A DNA stretch of 64,000 nucleotides from Actinomycetota bacterium (GCA_035519495.1 DATIWE010000050.1:33150-97149), one strand, 5' to 3'; positions 20,429-30,501 are shown, numbered from the stretch's first letter. Notes: a model not told the origin generated them from the sequence alone. A program made the numbers and translations.

Positions 20429-21154
20429 ATGGACGGACTCCTGCTGATCCATGCCTTCCCCGTCGATGCCCGGATGTGGGGAGGGCAGGCGGGCGGCGAT
20501 CACACCGTGGCGCCCGACCTGCCCGGGTTCGGGGGGACGTCGATGCCCGACGGCGGGGTCATGACGATGGCATCGGCGGCCGCGCGATGCCTGGAGGGGT
20601 TGGATGCGGCCGGCCTCGACCGCGCCGTCGTCTGTGGGCTGTCCATGGGCGGCTACGTCGCGTTCGAGCTACTGAGGGCGGCCCCGGAGCGCATCGCGGG
20701 CCTCGTCCTGGCGAACACCCGCGCCGGCGCCGACACGCCGGAGGGTGCCGCCGGGCGCCGCGCGCTAGCGGAGCGGCTGCGCACGGAAGGCAACGTCCTC
20801 GTCGACGCGCCACCACCGCTGCTCTCCGCGGATCCGCCCGAGGGACTCTGGGACCGGGTGAAGGCCTGGATCGGGGACCAGCCGCCGCAGGCGATCGCGG
20901 CCGCGGCGCTCGGCATGGCGGATCGGCCGGACTCCACGCCGGATCTTGCCGGCATCACGGTTCCGACGCTCGTCATCACGTCCGAGGGCGACACGCTGAT
21001 CCCGCCGGAGGTGACCTCGCCGATGGCCGAGCAGATCTCCGGTGCAGAGCTCGCCGTCCTTCCGGCCGCCGGACATCTGTCGAACCTCGAGGACCCGGCC
21101 GGCTTCTCCCGCTTGCTGCGCGCGCACGCCGAGCGGTGCGGGGTCTCGCCCTGA
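20429..21154 (+). CDS. alpha/beta-fold hydrolase
   Basis: Nucleophile elbow GLSMGG and a late AAGHLSN His motif. 241 aa. Confidence 0.75.
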   Translation: MDGLLLIHAFPVDARMWGGQAGGDHTVAPDLPGFGGTSMPDGGVMTMASAAARCLEGLDAAGLDRAVVCGLSMGGYVAFELLRAAPERIAGLVLANTRAGADTPEGAAGRRALAERLRTEGNVLVDAPPPLLSADPPEGLWDRVKAWIGDQPPQAIAAAALGMADRPDSTPDLAGITVPTLVITSEGDTLIPPEVTSPMAEQISGAELAVLPAAGHLSNLEDPAGFSRLLRAHAERCGVSP

Positions 21155-21174
21155 GGCCCACCTAGACTGGGAGC

Positions 21175-23832
21175 GTGACCTCCCCGCAGGCGTTCGCCGA
21201 ACGCTACCCGTTCCCGCTGGACGCCTTCCAGGAGGACGCGATCGACGCGCTCGCAGCGGGTTCCTCCGTGCTCGTGGCCGCGCCCACCGGCTCCGGCAAG
21301 ACCGTCGTCGCCGAATTCGCGATCGAACAGGCGCTCGAGGCCGGCCGCAAGTGCTTCTACACGACCCCGTTGAAGGCGCTGTCGAACCAGAAGTTCGGCG
21401 ACCTCGTCGCGGCCTACGGGCCGCAGACCGTGGGCCTGCTGACCGGCGACAACACGATCAACGGCGAGGCGCCGGTCGTCGTGATGACCACCGAGGTGCT
21501 GCGGAACATGCTGTATGAGCGCAGCGACACCCTCGATGGGCTCGCCTCGGTCGTCATGGACGAGGTGCATTACCTCCAGGACCCGTACCGAGGCGCGGTC
21601 TGGGAAGAGGTGCTGATCCATCTCCCGCGCTCGGTCAGCGTGGTGTGTCTGTCGGCGACGATCTCGAACGCGGAGGAGTTCGGCGAGTGGATCGGGACGC
21701 TGCGGGGCGAGACGCGGGTGGTGATCGAGGAGCGGCGGCCCGTGCCGCTCGAGCACCACTACCTGGTCGGGCGCCGGCTGCATCCGATGCACGTGGAGCA
21801 GAACGGCATCTTGCTGCCGAACCCGCACGTCGTGTCGCTGGACCAGCAGGAGCTCCGGGTGCGGTCCTACCAGCGGCGGGGGAGCGGCCGGGTTCAGCAC
21901 CACCGGAGCGACCGGCCGCGCGAAGGGCACCGCGGGGTGTACGTGCCGCGCCGCGAGGAGGTCGTCGAGGTCCTCGCCCGGGAGGGCATGCTGCCCGCGA
22001 TCTACTTCGTGTTCAGCCGGGCCGGCTGCGACAAGAGCGTCCGCTGGCTGCGGGGATCCGGCGTCTCGCTGACCACCCGGGAGGAGGCGGAGCGGATCCG
22101 CGAACGTGCCGAGATCCGGGCCGCGTGGGTCGACGAGCAGGACCTCGTCGCGCTCGGCTACTACGAGTTCCTCGACGGCCTGACGGCGGGCGTCGCCGCG
22201 CATCACGCCGGCATGCTCCCGGTGTTCAAGGAGACCGTCGAGGAGCTCTTCGAGGAGGGCCTCGTGAAGGTGGTCTTCGCCACCGAGACGCTGTCGCTCG
22301 GGATCAACATGCCGGCGAAGACCGTCGTCATCGAGGATCTCTGGAAGTTCCAGGGCGAACGGCACGAGATCCTGACCCCGGGCGAGTACACGCAACTCAC
22401 CGGCCGTGCCGGCCGCCGCGGGATCGACCATCTCGGCCACGCGGTGGTGCTCTACCAGCGGCAGGTGCCGTTCGAGCGGGTCGCCGGGCTCGCGGCGACG
22501 CGCACGTACGACCTCACGTCGTCGTTCCGGCCTTCGTACAACATGGCGGTCAACCTGGTTCGGAACTACTCGCCCGAGCAGGCGCATGAGCTCTTGAACT
22601 CCTCGTTCGCGCAGTTCCTCGCCGATCGCGGCGTCGTCGCGCTGGAGCACCAGCGCGAGCGAGACCTCGCGGCGCTCGAGGGCTACCGGACGCACCTCCG
22701 CTGCCATCGAGGCGATTTCGACGCGTACTGGGGCTTGGTCCAGCGGGCTCGCCGGCTCCGGGAGGAGGACCGTCGAGGGCGGGAGTCGGCGCGTGCGGAC
22801 GCGGTGCGCACGGCCGTCGCCTCCCTGAAGCCCGGCGAAGTGATCCACGTCCCCCGGTCGAAGCGACGCGGGCTCGCCGTGGTCCTGGCGACCCGCGACG
22901 GCCGCCCGACCGTGCTGTCGGAGGACCGATCGTCGTTCCGCCTGTCGCCGCGCGACTTCGAGGAGCCGCCGCCCGTCCTGACGCGCATCGTCCTGCCGCG
23001 CGCCGGCTCGACCCGGAGCGCTCGCTATCGGCGCGATGTCGCCGCCTCCCTGGTGAGCCTCCACGTGAAGCCGCCGCGCGGTCAGGGCGCAGGAGCGTCC
23101 GATCCGAAGGTCGAGCGGGCCGCCGTCCGTTTGGAGTCGGAGGCGCAGGCACATCCGTGCCACGGCTGTCCCGAACTGCCCGAGCACGAACGATGGGCCG
23201 AGCGAGCGTCGAAGCTCGAGCAGCAGCTCGCCGGGGTCGAACGCAGGATCAAGGTTCGCACCGAGACGCTGGCCCGGCGTTTCGACCGCGTCCTGGCCGT
23301 GCTCGGGGCGCTCGGCTACGTGGAGGGATGGGCACTGACGCCGAAGGGCAGGACGCTCACGCGGATCTACGGCGAGGGGGACATCCTGGTGGGGGAGGCC
23401 CTCGCCGCCGGCATGTTCGATGGGCTCCAGCCGAGCGAGGTGGCCGCACTGGTCTCAACGGTCGTCTACGAGGCCCGAGAGAGGAACCCACTGCCCGCGA
23501 AGATGCCGACCGACGCGACCGAGGATGGCTACGAGCGGCTCCAGCGGCTCTGGCGTCAGATCCGGCGGACCGAGGACGCGAACGAGGTGCAGCTCTGCCG
23601 GGAGCTCGAGCCCGGGTTCGCGACCCCGGTCCACCGATGGGCCGAGGGCGCTGCGCTGGAGGAGGTCCTCGAGGAGACTGAGATGGCCCCGGGCGACTTC
23701 GTGCGGAACTGCAAGCAGCTCGTGGATCTCCTGCGGCAGATCGAGGACGTGGCGCAACCCGCCGCCGCGGAGCTCGTGCGCGCCGCCCGGGCCTCGGTGC
23801 TCCACGGCGTCGTCGCCTACACGGGCGTCTAG
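21175..23832 (+). CDS. helY: Ski2-like DEAD/DEAH-box RNA helicase HelY
   Basis: APTGSGKT Walker A, DEVH box, SATISN, HHAGMLP, TETLSLGINMPA, C-terminal DSHCT-like region. Near tatC, as Rv2092c is. Confidence 0.9.
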   Translation: MTSPQAFAERYPFPLDAFQEDAIDALAAGSSVLVAAPTGSGKTVVAEFAIEQALEAGRKCFYTTPLKALSNQKFGDLVAAYGPQTVGLLTGDNTINGEAPVVVMTTEVLRNMLYERSDTLDGLASVVMDEVHYLQDPYRGAVWEEVLIHLPRSVSVVCLSATISNAEEFGEWIGTLRGETRVVIEERRPVPLEHHYLVGRRLHPMHVEQNGILLPNPHVVSLDQQELRVRSYQRRGSGRVQHHRSDRPREGHRGVYVPRREEVVEVLAREGMLPAIYFVFSRAGCDKSVRWLRGSGVSLTTREEAERIRERAEIRAAWVDEQDLVALGYYEFLDGLTAGVAAHHAGMLPVFKETVEELFEEGLVKVVFATETLSLGINMPAKTVVIEDLWKFQGERHEILTPGEYTQLTGRAGRRGIDHLGHAVVLYQRQVPFERVAGLAATRTYDLTSSFRPSYNMAVNLVRNYSPEQAHELLNSSFAQFLADRGVVALEHQRERDLAALEGYRTHLRCHRGDFDAYWGLVQRARRLREEDRRGRESARADAVRTAVASLKPGEVIHVPRSKRRGLAVVLATRDGRPTVLSEDRSSFRLSPRDFEEPPPVLTRIVLPRAGSTRSARYRRDVAASLVSLHVKPPRGQGAGASDPKVERAAVRLESEAQAHPCHGCPELPEHERWAERASKLEQQLAGVERRIKVRTETLARRFDRVLAVLGALGYVEGWALTPKGRTLTRIYGEGDILVGEALAAGMFDGLQPSEVAALVSTVVYEARERNPLPAKMPTDATEDGYERLQRLWRQIRRTEDANEVQLCRELEPGFATPVHRWAEGAALEEVLEETEMAPGDFVRNCKQLVDLLRQIEDVAQPAAAELVRAARASVLHGVVAYTGV

Positions 23833-23837
23833 CTACG

Positions 23838-24785
23838 ATGCGCGCCATGAGCACGGTCACGAGCCCGTTCGGAGCGCTCGCGGTGATCGTCGACCCGGCG
23901 GCCGGCGATGGGAGCGTCGCGTCACAGGTGACCGCCGTGCAACGGGCGCTCGAGGGTCGCCGGATCGAGCACCGGATCCACGTGGCCACCGGTCGGCTGG
24001 ACGTGACGCGGTCGGCCGGGCTCGCCCTGGACGAGGGGTATCGATTCGTCGCGGCCGTCGGCGACGACGCGACGGTGCACGACGTCGTGAACGGGATGTT
24101 CCGGGACGGCCGGACGATCGTGGAGACCCCGGTCCTCGCGGTCCTGGGCGCCGGTTCGGGAGGCGACCTGCTGAAGAGCTTCGGGCTGCCCGACGACGTG
24201 GACCAGGCGGCCGCACACCTCGAGGGCGAACAGACGTACCCCTTCGACGTCATGAAGATCGCGGCGGTCGGCCGCGAGGGGGACCGGGTCGTCGGGTACG
24301 CGCACAATGTGGCGGAGGTCGGACTCCACGCGGCGGCGACCGCGGCGGCCGCGCGGTTGCCGCGACGTCTCGGCAACGCGCGGCGCTTCCTCGGGTTCTG
24401 GAGCGCGTACGCGCGGACGCGGGCGCTGCCGGTCACGGTGACCGTCGACGGACGCGCCCGCGCGCTCCGCACCTGGAGCGTGATCATCGGGAACGGACAG
24501 TTCGCCGACGGCGGCCTCCGCCTGTCGCCCCGCTCGTTCCCGGGGGACGGGGTGTTGGACGCCTCGATCTTCACCGGCCCGCGGTCGGACGCCTACCGGC
24601 TCCTGCCCAGGATGTTCCGCCACGGGGACCACATCCCCGATCCCGGCATCACCGAGCTCCGCGCTCGCCTGAGCCTCCAGCTGGAACCCGCGGCGCCGTG
24701 GCCGGTCGTCGCCGACGGCGAGCTGATCGGGCGAACCCCGGTCGCGTTCCAAGTGGTGCCCCGGCAGATCCTGCTCAAGGTATGA
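23838..24785 (+). CDS. second DAGK_cat-family lipid kinase-like protein
   Basis: LAVIVDPAAGDGS, AVGDDATVHDVVNG, LGAGSGGDL. A divergent paralog of 19516..20427. Confidence 0.65.
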   Translation: MRAMSTVTSPFGALAVIVDPAAGDGSVASQVTAVQRALEGRRIEHRIHVATGRLDVTRSAGLALDEGYRFVAAVGDDATVHDVVNGMFRDGRTIVETPVLAVLGAGSGGDLLKSFGLPDDVDQAAAHLEGEQTYPFDVMKIAAVGREGDRVVGYAHNVAEVGLHAAATAAAARLPRRLGNARRFLGFWSAYARTRALPVTVTVDGRARALRTWSVIIGNGQFADGGLRLSPRSFPGDGVLDASIFTGPRSDAYRLLPRMFRHGDHIPDPGITELRARLSLQLEPAAPWPVVADGELIGRTPVAFQVVPRQILLKV

Positions 24786-25888
24786 GCCAGATCCCGGAGC
24801 GTCTCCGCGAGCGGCTGCGGCGAGCGGCGTCGGATGCCGGTGCACGCGGGCTCGGGGCGGTGGTGGTGGCACCGTCGCCGGATCTCGTCTATCTCACCGG
24901 CTACGACCCGATGCCCTTCGAGCGCCCGACGCTGCTGATCCTGCGCCCGGACCGCGATCCGGTGCTGCTGGTCCCGGAACTTGAGCGCCCGCTCGCCGCG
25001 GCGTCGGCCGCCGGGGGGTTGACCGAGCTCCACGGATGGATCGACGGCGTCGACGCCTACGCCGAGGTTGCGCGGCTGCTCCCCGCCCACGGCGCCGCGG
25101 CGGTGAACGACCGGGTCTGGGGGGTGCACGTCCTGGGCCTCCAGGCCGCGGCGCCGGAGCTCGACTGGTCCTCGGCCGCCCCGATCCTCGGCGCCCTGCG
25201 GGCGCGGAAGGACGCGGACGAGCTGGATGCGCTCCGGCGCGCCGGGGCAGCGGCGGACGCGACGTTCGCGGACATCGTCGATCTGCCGTTCGCCGGTCGC
25301 ACCGAGCGGGAGGTGGCTTTCGACCTCGCGCGGCTGCTCGTGGAGCACGGCCATCGGACGGCGGACTTCACGATCGTCGCCGGCGGCCCGAACGCCGCGT
25401 CGCCGCACCACGAGCCCGGCGAGCGGTCGATCTCGGGCGGCGACGTGGTCGTCCTCGACTTCGGCGGCGAACTCGACGGCTACCACAGCGACACCACGAG
25501 GACGGTGGTCGTGGGGGAGCCGCCGGAGGGGTTCGGGACGGTCTACGGCTTCGTGCATGCGGCCCAGGAGGCGGCCGTGGACGAGGTCCGCCCGGGGCTC
25601 CCGATCCAGGAGGTGGATCGCGTCGCGCGGGCGGTGATCACCGAGGGCGGGTTCGGCGACCGGTTCATCCATCGGACCGGGCACGGGATCGGCCTGGAGG
25701 TGCACGAGCCGCCCTACGCCGTCGAGGGCGACGACACGGTCCTGGAGGCCGGCATGACGTTCAGCGTCGAGCCCGGGATCTATCTGCCCGGGCGGTTCGG
25801 GGTCCGCATCGAGGACATCGTGGCGGTCACCGACGACGGCGTGGAGCGCCTCAACCGTTCGACCCGCGAGCTGCAGACGGTCGGCTAG
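24782..25888 (+). CDS. M24-family Xaa-Pro aminopeptidase/dipeptidase
   Basis: ATGA overlap with the upstream gene. Metal-ligand contexts VVVLDFGG, YHSDTTRT, HRTGHGIGLEVHEPPY, FSVEPGIY, VRIED. Confidence 0.85.
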   Translation: MSQIPERLRERLRRAASDAGARGLGAVVVAPSPDLVYLTGYDPMPFERPTLLILRPDRDPVLLVPELERPLAAASAAGGLTELHGWIDGVDAYAEVARLLPAHGAAAVNDRVWGVHVLGLQAAAPELDWSSAAPILGALRARKDADELDALRRAGAAADATFADIVDLPFAGRTEREVAFDLARLLVEHGHRTADFTIVAGGPNAASPHHEPGERSISGGDVVVLDFGGELDGYHSDTTRTVVVGEPPEGFGTVYGFVHAAQEAAVDEVRPGLPIQEVDRVARAVITEGGFGDRFIHRTGHGIGLEVHEPPYAVEGDDTVLEAGMTFSVEPGIYLPGRFGVRIEDIVAVTDDGVERLNRSTRELQTVG

Positions 25889-27276
25889 GTCCGGGGCCGG
25901 ACCCGGGTGCCGTCGGGGGTGTCCATCACCTCGAGGCCCATCCCGGCCAGCTGGTCGCGCAGCCGGTCGCTCGTGGCGTAGTCCTTCGCGTCCCGCGCGG
26001 CGTCCCGCTCCTGCATCAAGCCGTCGATCTCCTCGCTGGGCTCCCAGCCGGCCGTCGCCTCCCGCTCGAGATCGAGCCCGAGCACGGCGTCCCAGGAGGC
26101 GAGCAACGCGTACTTCTCGCCGTCGGGGACCTCGTCCGAGGACACCAGCTCGTTCGCGATCACGACGGCTGCGGGTAGGGCGAGGTCGTCGGCGAGCGCC
26201 TCACGGAAGCGGGCGTCGACGGCCGCGGCCGCCTCGCCGAGCGTGACGGCGGCCGGCGCCCACGCCGCCATCCGATGCCGCAGGATCTTCAGCCGCTGGT
26301 CAGCGGCCTCCATCGCCTCCCACGAGAAGTCCATCTCGCTGCGGTACTGCGTCTGGAAGCAGAGCCACCGGAACGCGAGCGGATCGAGGCCCTGGGCCTG
26401 CAGGTCCTCGACCCGGATCACGTTGCCGGTCGACTTCGCGATCTTCTGCCCGGACTGCCGCAGGTGCCCGCCGTGCACCCAGATCGACACGACCTGATGC
26501 CCGACGGCACCCTCCGACTGCGCGATCTCGTCCTCGTGATGAGGGAACCGCAGGTCCGTGCCACCGGTATGGATATCGATGTGATCGCCGAGATACTTCA
26601 TCGACATCGCCGAGCACTCGATGTGCCAGCCCGGGAAGCCCTCGCCCCACGGGCTCGGCCACTTCATCAGGCGGCCCGGGCCTGCGGCCTTCCACAGGGC
26701 GAAGTCCGCCGCATGGCGTTTCCGCGGATCGGTCTCGAGGTCGCGGTGCCCCTCGCGCAGGTTCTCGAGCGTGTTGCCCGAGAGCCTGCCGTAGCCGTCG
26801 AAGCTCGCGACGTCGTAGTACACCGAGCCCGTATCCACGACGTAGGCATGGCCGCGGCTGACGAGCGTTCCCGTCAGCTCGATCATCTCGGGGATGTGCT
26901 CGGTGGCCTTCGGCGTGACGTCGGGCCGGCGGATCCCCAACGCGGCCGCATCGTCGAAGACGGCCGCCGTGTACTTCTCCGCGATCTCGAGCGGTTGCAA
27001 CCCCTCGTCCTCGACGGCCAGGAGCATCTTGTCGACCGCTTCCGGCGAGGATTCGTCCGTCATGTGCCCGACGTCGGTGATGTTCATGACGAGCGTGACG
27101 CGGAGCCCCTCAAGCTCGAGGGCGCGCCGGATCAGGTCCGACAGCATGTACGTCCGGAGGTTGCCGAGGTGCGCGTACCGGTACACCGTGGGCCCGCACG
27201 CGTAGATCTTCACGTGGCCGGGTTCGACCGGCACGACCTCCTCGACAGCGCGCGACAACGAGTTGTACAGACGCAT
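25885..27276 (-). CDS. cysS: cysteine-tRNA ligase
   Basis: Start at MRLYNSL (463 aa). [29 protein letters not shown] (KMSKS-like). C-terminal DALR-type tail typical of CysRS. The upstream 108 codons of the ORF are junk. Confidence 0.8.
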   Translation of the reverse strand: MRLYNSLSRAVEEVVPVEPGHVKIYACGPTVYRYAHLGNLRTYMLSDLIRRALELEGLRVTLVMNITDVGHMTDESSPEAVDKMLLAVEDEGLQPLEIAEKYTAAVFDDAAALGIRRPDVTPKATEHIPEMIELTGTLVSRGHAYVVDTGSVYYDVASFDGYGRLSGNTLENLREGHRDLETDPRKRHAADFALWKAAGPGRLMKWPSPWGEGFPGWHIECSAMSMKYLGDHIDIHTGGTDLRFPHHEDEIAQSEGAVGHQVVSIWVHGGHLRQSGQKIAKSTGNVIRVEDLQAQGLDPLAFRWLCFQTQYRSEMDFSWEAMEAADQRLKILRHRMAAWAPAAVTLGEAAAAVDARFREALADDLALPAAVVIANELVSSDEVPDGEKYALLASWDAVLGLDLEREATAGWEPSEEIDGLMQERDAARDAKDYATSDRLRDQLAGMGLEVMDTPDGTRVRPRT

Positions 27277-27316
27277 CCGGGGAGGATACCCGGGTGTGCC
27301 GGTGGCGATCCGCCGC

Positions 27317-29764
27317 CTAGCGAGGATCGGGGCGAGGCGGCGACTCCCGGTCGACGCGGCCGCCGACCTCAGGCCGCCGATCCGGAGCGGGTGCCGGCGC
27401 GATCGCCGGCGGCGGCACCAGCGTCTCCGGGCTCGGCGGAACGGGGACCGGGATCGGCGTGGTGACGCCGCTGTGGTCCCGGTGCGCCCGCAGTGCTGCG
27501 GTGTGGTAGTTCTCCAGCATCTGCCGGAACGCCGGATCGTGGTACGGGCGCCCGTCCACCGTCGGTCCGGTGGTGCCCTCGATGACCGCCTCGATGTCAT
27601 CGCCGGTGACGGTCTTGTGGGTCTCCAGGACGTGGGCGACGGCGAGCACGTCGGCGCGGTGCTCCTCCAGCAGCGCCCAGGTCGCGTCGTACAGCTCGCG
27701 GAGCTTCCCCTCGACCTGCTTGCCGAAGTCCCCGTCGAACATCGTACGGTCGGTGCCGTCCTCGACCACCATGCCGCCGCGCATCCCGCCCAGGGTCACT
27801 GCGCGCGAGGCGATCGTGTCGCCCATGCCCGCGTAGCCGAGGTTCACCATCACGATCCTCGTGGCGTTCGCCAGGTCGCTGCCGACCCCGTTGGAGTTGT
27901 CGCCGTCGAAGAACAGCCGCTCCCCGGCGAGCGAGGCCAGGCTCCCCATCACATCGATGTCCCGCTCGGAACGCCACTCGAACATCTGGTCCTCAGGCGG
28001 GATGTACGACACGAGGCCGCCGATGTCTCCGCGCCGTTCGATCGTGGCGATGTCGATCACCGCGTGCCGGCGCAGCAGGTAGGCGACGACGGCGTGGCAC
28101 GACTCGTGCACGGCCGTCTGGTGTCGCTCGCGCTCGATGTACTCGAAGTCGTCCGGCACCCCGAGCTGCTTGATGTGCTTGGCCCGGATGATGTCGCGGT
28201 ACGTGATCGTGTCCCGCCCGTCGCGGATCGCGACGACGAGCCCCTCGTTCACGATGTCCTTGATGCTCGCGCCCGTCCCGTACGGGGTGATCGTCGCCAG
28301 CTTGTCGAGGTCCTCGTCGGTGAGCTCGTGCTGCACCTTGTCGAGGTAGTACTGGAACGTCGCCTTGCGCCCGTCCTTCGTGGGATAGCCCACCTTGTAC
28401 TGGCGGTCGACGCGGCCCGGCCGCAGCATCGCCTGGTCCAGCGCCGACGGCATGTTCGTAGCGAAGATGTGCAGGATCCGGTACTTGAAGGGGGGCTTGA
28501 CCTTCATGCCGAGCATCCGGCGGATCTTGTTCACGAGCCCGCGCGGTTTCTCCAGGCCGGACATCTCCGAGAGCAGCGCCTGCAAGGTGCCCATGCCGCC
28601 GCCGCCCATGTTGCCCATGCCGCCCATGACGAACGGGTCGTACCAGGTGCGCGCCTCAGGCACGCCCGTCGGCAACGCGTCCACCATCACGAGGTTCCGG
28701 GAGGCCGGCGTGAGGTAGGCGAGGCCGTTGCAGCTCGGCGTGGCGGACCACGGTCCGGGGGTCGCGTTCTGGAACCCACCCTGCGCGATCTGGCCCCGGT
28801 TCCCGAGCGAATCCGCCTCGTCGAAGAACACGATCACGCCGCCGAAGCGCAGCGCCATCCGCCGGAGCTTCCGGTACAGCGACTTCACCTTGAGGATGCC
28901 GACGCCCATGAACATCTGGATGAACGCGCCCGGATCCACGAACACGAACGGCTTCGCCGTCTCGCCCGCCACGGCCTGCGCCATGAGCGTCTTGCCGGTC
29001 CCGGGGGGGCCCCACAGGAGGATGCCACCGGGGACGTAGCCGCCCTTCTCCTCGATCGCCTCCGGAGCATCGAGGAAGATCATCGTCTCCTTCACGCGGC
29101 CGAGGACGGCGTCCTGGCCCTTGACGTCGTCGAACCGCGTCTCGATCTCATCCGGCATGTAGACGTCGATGCCGCCGCGCGAGAGGAACCAGAAGAGTCC
29201 GACGAACTGGAAGATGATGAGGAAGAAGTAGAAGACCAGCTGGAAGAGCATCGGCAGGGCTGCGACCAGCCGTGCCGGCGCCTCGAGGATGCCGAGCCAC
29301 ACCGGCTGCGTGTGGAAGATCCGCCCCAGGAAGGTGCTGAGCGCGAACAAGACGATGAAGGCCTTGAGCGCGCGGCCGACCCGGTAGCGGGTCCAGTCAT
29401 CCATCTTCTTCGTCCGGCGGTTGAGCCCGTCGAGGACGGTCTTCTGCCAGAAGCGGTAATAGCGCTCGGAATGCTCTTCGATCACGTAGTGGATCTGCCG
29501 GAGGAGCTCGAGCGCGGCCAGCACGATGATCCATGCGTAGTCGTGCAGCGCGATCCGGACGGCGTCGGAGAACGGGCCGCCGATGGGGTTGACCGACGAT
29601 GTCCACACGACCGCGAGGCCCGCGAGCCACAGGCCCGCGAGGAGGATGAGGAACTTCACGCGATCCCAGAACGTCATGGGCGAGCGTGTGGTCCGCTCGG
29701 ACGCACGCGGCCTGGATGGTCGGTCTTCGAACGTGGCGATGTCGCGCTTCGATCGATCCCTCAT
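27317..29764 (-). CDS. atypical FtsH-like membrane AAA+ ATPase / M41-type HEXXH metalloprotease (815 aa)
   Basis: ATG 29764 overlaps the stop of the upstream lipoprotein gene (ATGA). About four N-terminal TM helices. Walker A GPPGTGKT, Walker B VIVFFDEAD, SRH ATNMPSALDQAMLRPGRVDRQ, HESCH zinc motif. Large Gly/Met-rich insertions in the AAA module. Pro-rich tail. Confidence 0.8.
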   Translation of the reverse strand: MRDRSKRDIATFEDRPSRPRASERTTRSPMTFWDRVKFLILLAGLWLAGLAVVWTSSVNPIGGPFSDAVRIALHDYAWIIVLAALELLRQIHYVIEEHSERYYRFWQKTVLDGLNRRTKKMDDWTRYRVGRALKAFIVLFALSTFLGRIFHTQPVWLGILEAPARLVAALPMLFQLVFYFFLIIFQFVGLFWFLSRGGIDVYMPDEIETRFDDVKGQDAVLGRVKETMIFLDAPEAIEEKGGYVPGGILLWGPPGTGKTLMAQAVAGETAKPFVFVDPGAFIQMFMGVGILKVKSLYRKLRRMALRFGGVIVFFDEADSLGNRGQIAQGGFQNATPGPWSATPSCNGLAYLTPASRNLVMVDALPTGVPEARTWYDPFVMGGMGNMGGGGMGTLQALLSEMSGLEKPRGLVNKIRRMLGMKVKPPFKYRILHIFATNMPSALDQAMLRPGRVDRQYKVGYPTKDGRKATFQYYLDKVQHELTDEDLDKLATITPYGTGASIKDIVNEGLVVAIRDGRDTITYRDIIRAKHIKQLGVPDDFEYIERERHQTAVHESCHAVVAYLLRRHAVIDIATIERRGDIGGLVSYIPPEDQMFEWRSERDIDVMGSLASLAGERLFFDGDNSNGVGSDLANATRIVMVNLGYAGMGDTIASRAVTLGGMRGGMVVEDGTDRTMFDGDFGKQVEGKLRELYDATWALLEEHRADVLAVAHVLETHKTVTGDDIEAVIEGTTGPTVDGRPYHDPAFRQMLENYHTAALRAHRDHSGVTTPIPVPVPPSPETLVPPPAIAPAPAPDRRPEVGGRVDRESPPRPDPR

Positions 29765-30501
29765 GTGATCACCGTCCAAGAGTCGACCGCGGATTCGATC
29801 GATCCGCGGTTCTGCTGGTAGCACGTCGCGCTGCACAGGATGGCCACGTAGTAGACGCGGTTCGACGAGTCGTCGATCAACGCCTTCTGATCGAGCTCGA
29901 CGAAGTTCGGGGACAGGACGCTGGCGCCCGCGCCGCCGAGTAGCGCACGCTGCAGGGCGCTGGCCGTATCGGTGTTCGAACTCGACGACGACTGGCTCGC
30001 GGCGACCGCCGCCGCGAGCTTGGAGGCTCGGAACTGGATGACCAGGTGGACGCCGTGGAGCCCGCCCTGCACGAGCTTGTCGTTGTAGGACACGATGGCG
30101 CCGTCGCTGCCGTTCTGGATCAGCTGGTCGACCGGGAACAGGAAGTTCCGGAGGTAGCTGATGGAGGCGCTGTCGCGCTCCGTGAAGCTCAGGGTCTGGA
30201 CGAGGCCGATCCCCTGCGGGTCCGGGGTCGTGAGATCCGCGACGTTCAAGATGTGCGAGACGGACGCCTGCGGGTCGCCGTCGATGCCGACCAGCCACTG
30301 GATCGGGTCCGGGACGGCGGGCTGCGGGCCCGGCGGGAGGCCCAGGACCGTCGCCTTGTCGAAGATCGTCCAGCTGGTCGGAACGCGGAACGCGGTTCGC
30401 GTGTGCGTGTCGCGGACGTAGCGGTACTGCGGGCTCGCACAGGAGGCGGACAGGATCGTCACGGCGACGAACGCGAGCACGAGGGCGGACGGACGGCGCA
30501 T
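29761..30501 (-). CDS. hypothetical lipoprotein (246 aa)
   Basis: ATG 30501 gives MRRPSALVLAFVAVTILSASC (signal plus lipobox Cys). Stop overlaps the start of the FtsH-like gene. I recognise no family. Confidence 0.6.
   Translation of the reverse strand: MRRPSALVLAFVAVTILSASCASPQYRYVRDTHTRTAFRVPTSWTIFDKATVLGLPPGPQPAVPDPIQWLVGIDGDPQASVSHILNVADLTTPDPQGIGLVQTLSFTERDSASISYLRNFLFPVDQLIQNGSDGAIVSYNDKLVQGGLHGVHLVIQFRASKLAAAVAASQSSSSSNTDTASALQRALLGGAGASVLSPNFVELDQKALIDDSSNRVYYVAILCSATCYQQNRGSIESAVDSWTVIT

Noticed and set aside
25885-27276. Alternative call of the class-I synthetase-like gene as MshC (mycothiol ligase), which lies near the proteasome locus in M. tuberculosis.
   Set aside because: At 463 aa it includes a C-terminal anticodon-binding/DALR-type extension (…[34 protein letters not shown]…), which is typical of CysRS and which the shorter MshC lacks. 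This is still unverified without a phylogeny.
29765-30298. N-terminal 178-codon extension of the FtsH-like ORF (993-aa version, 27317..30298).
   Set aside because: The extension is junk-like (RRPAGVRLAHLERRGSHDPGP...). It overlaps the better-supported lipoprotein gene in another frame. ATG 29764 gives a clean ATGA junction.
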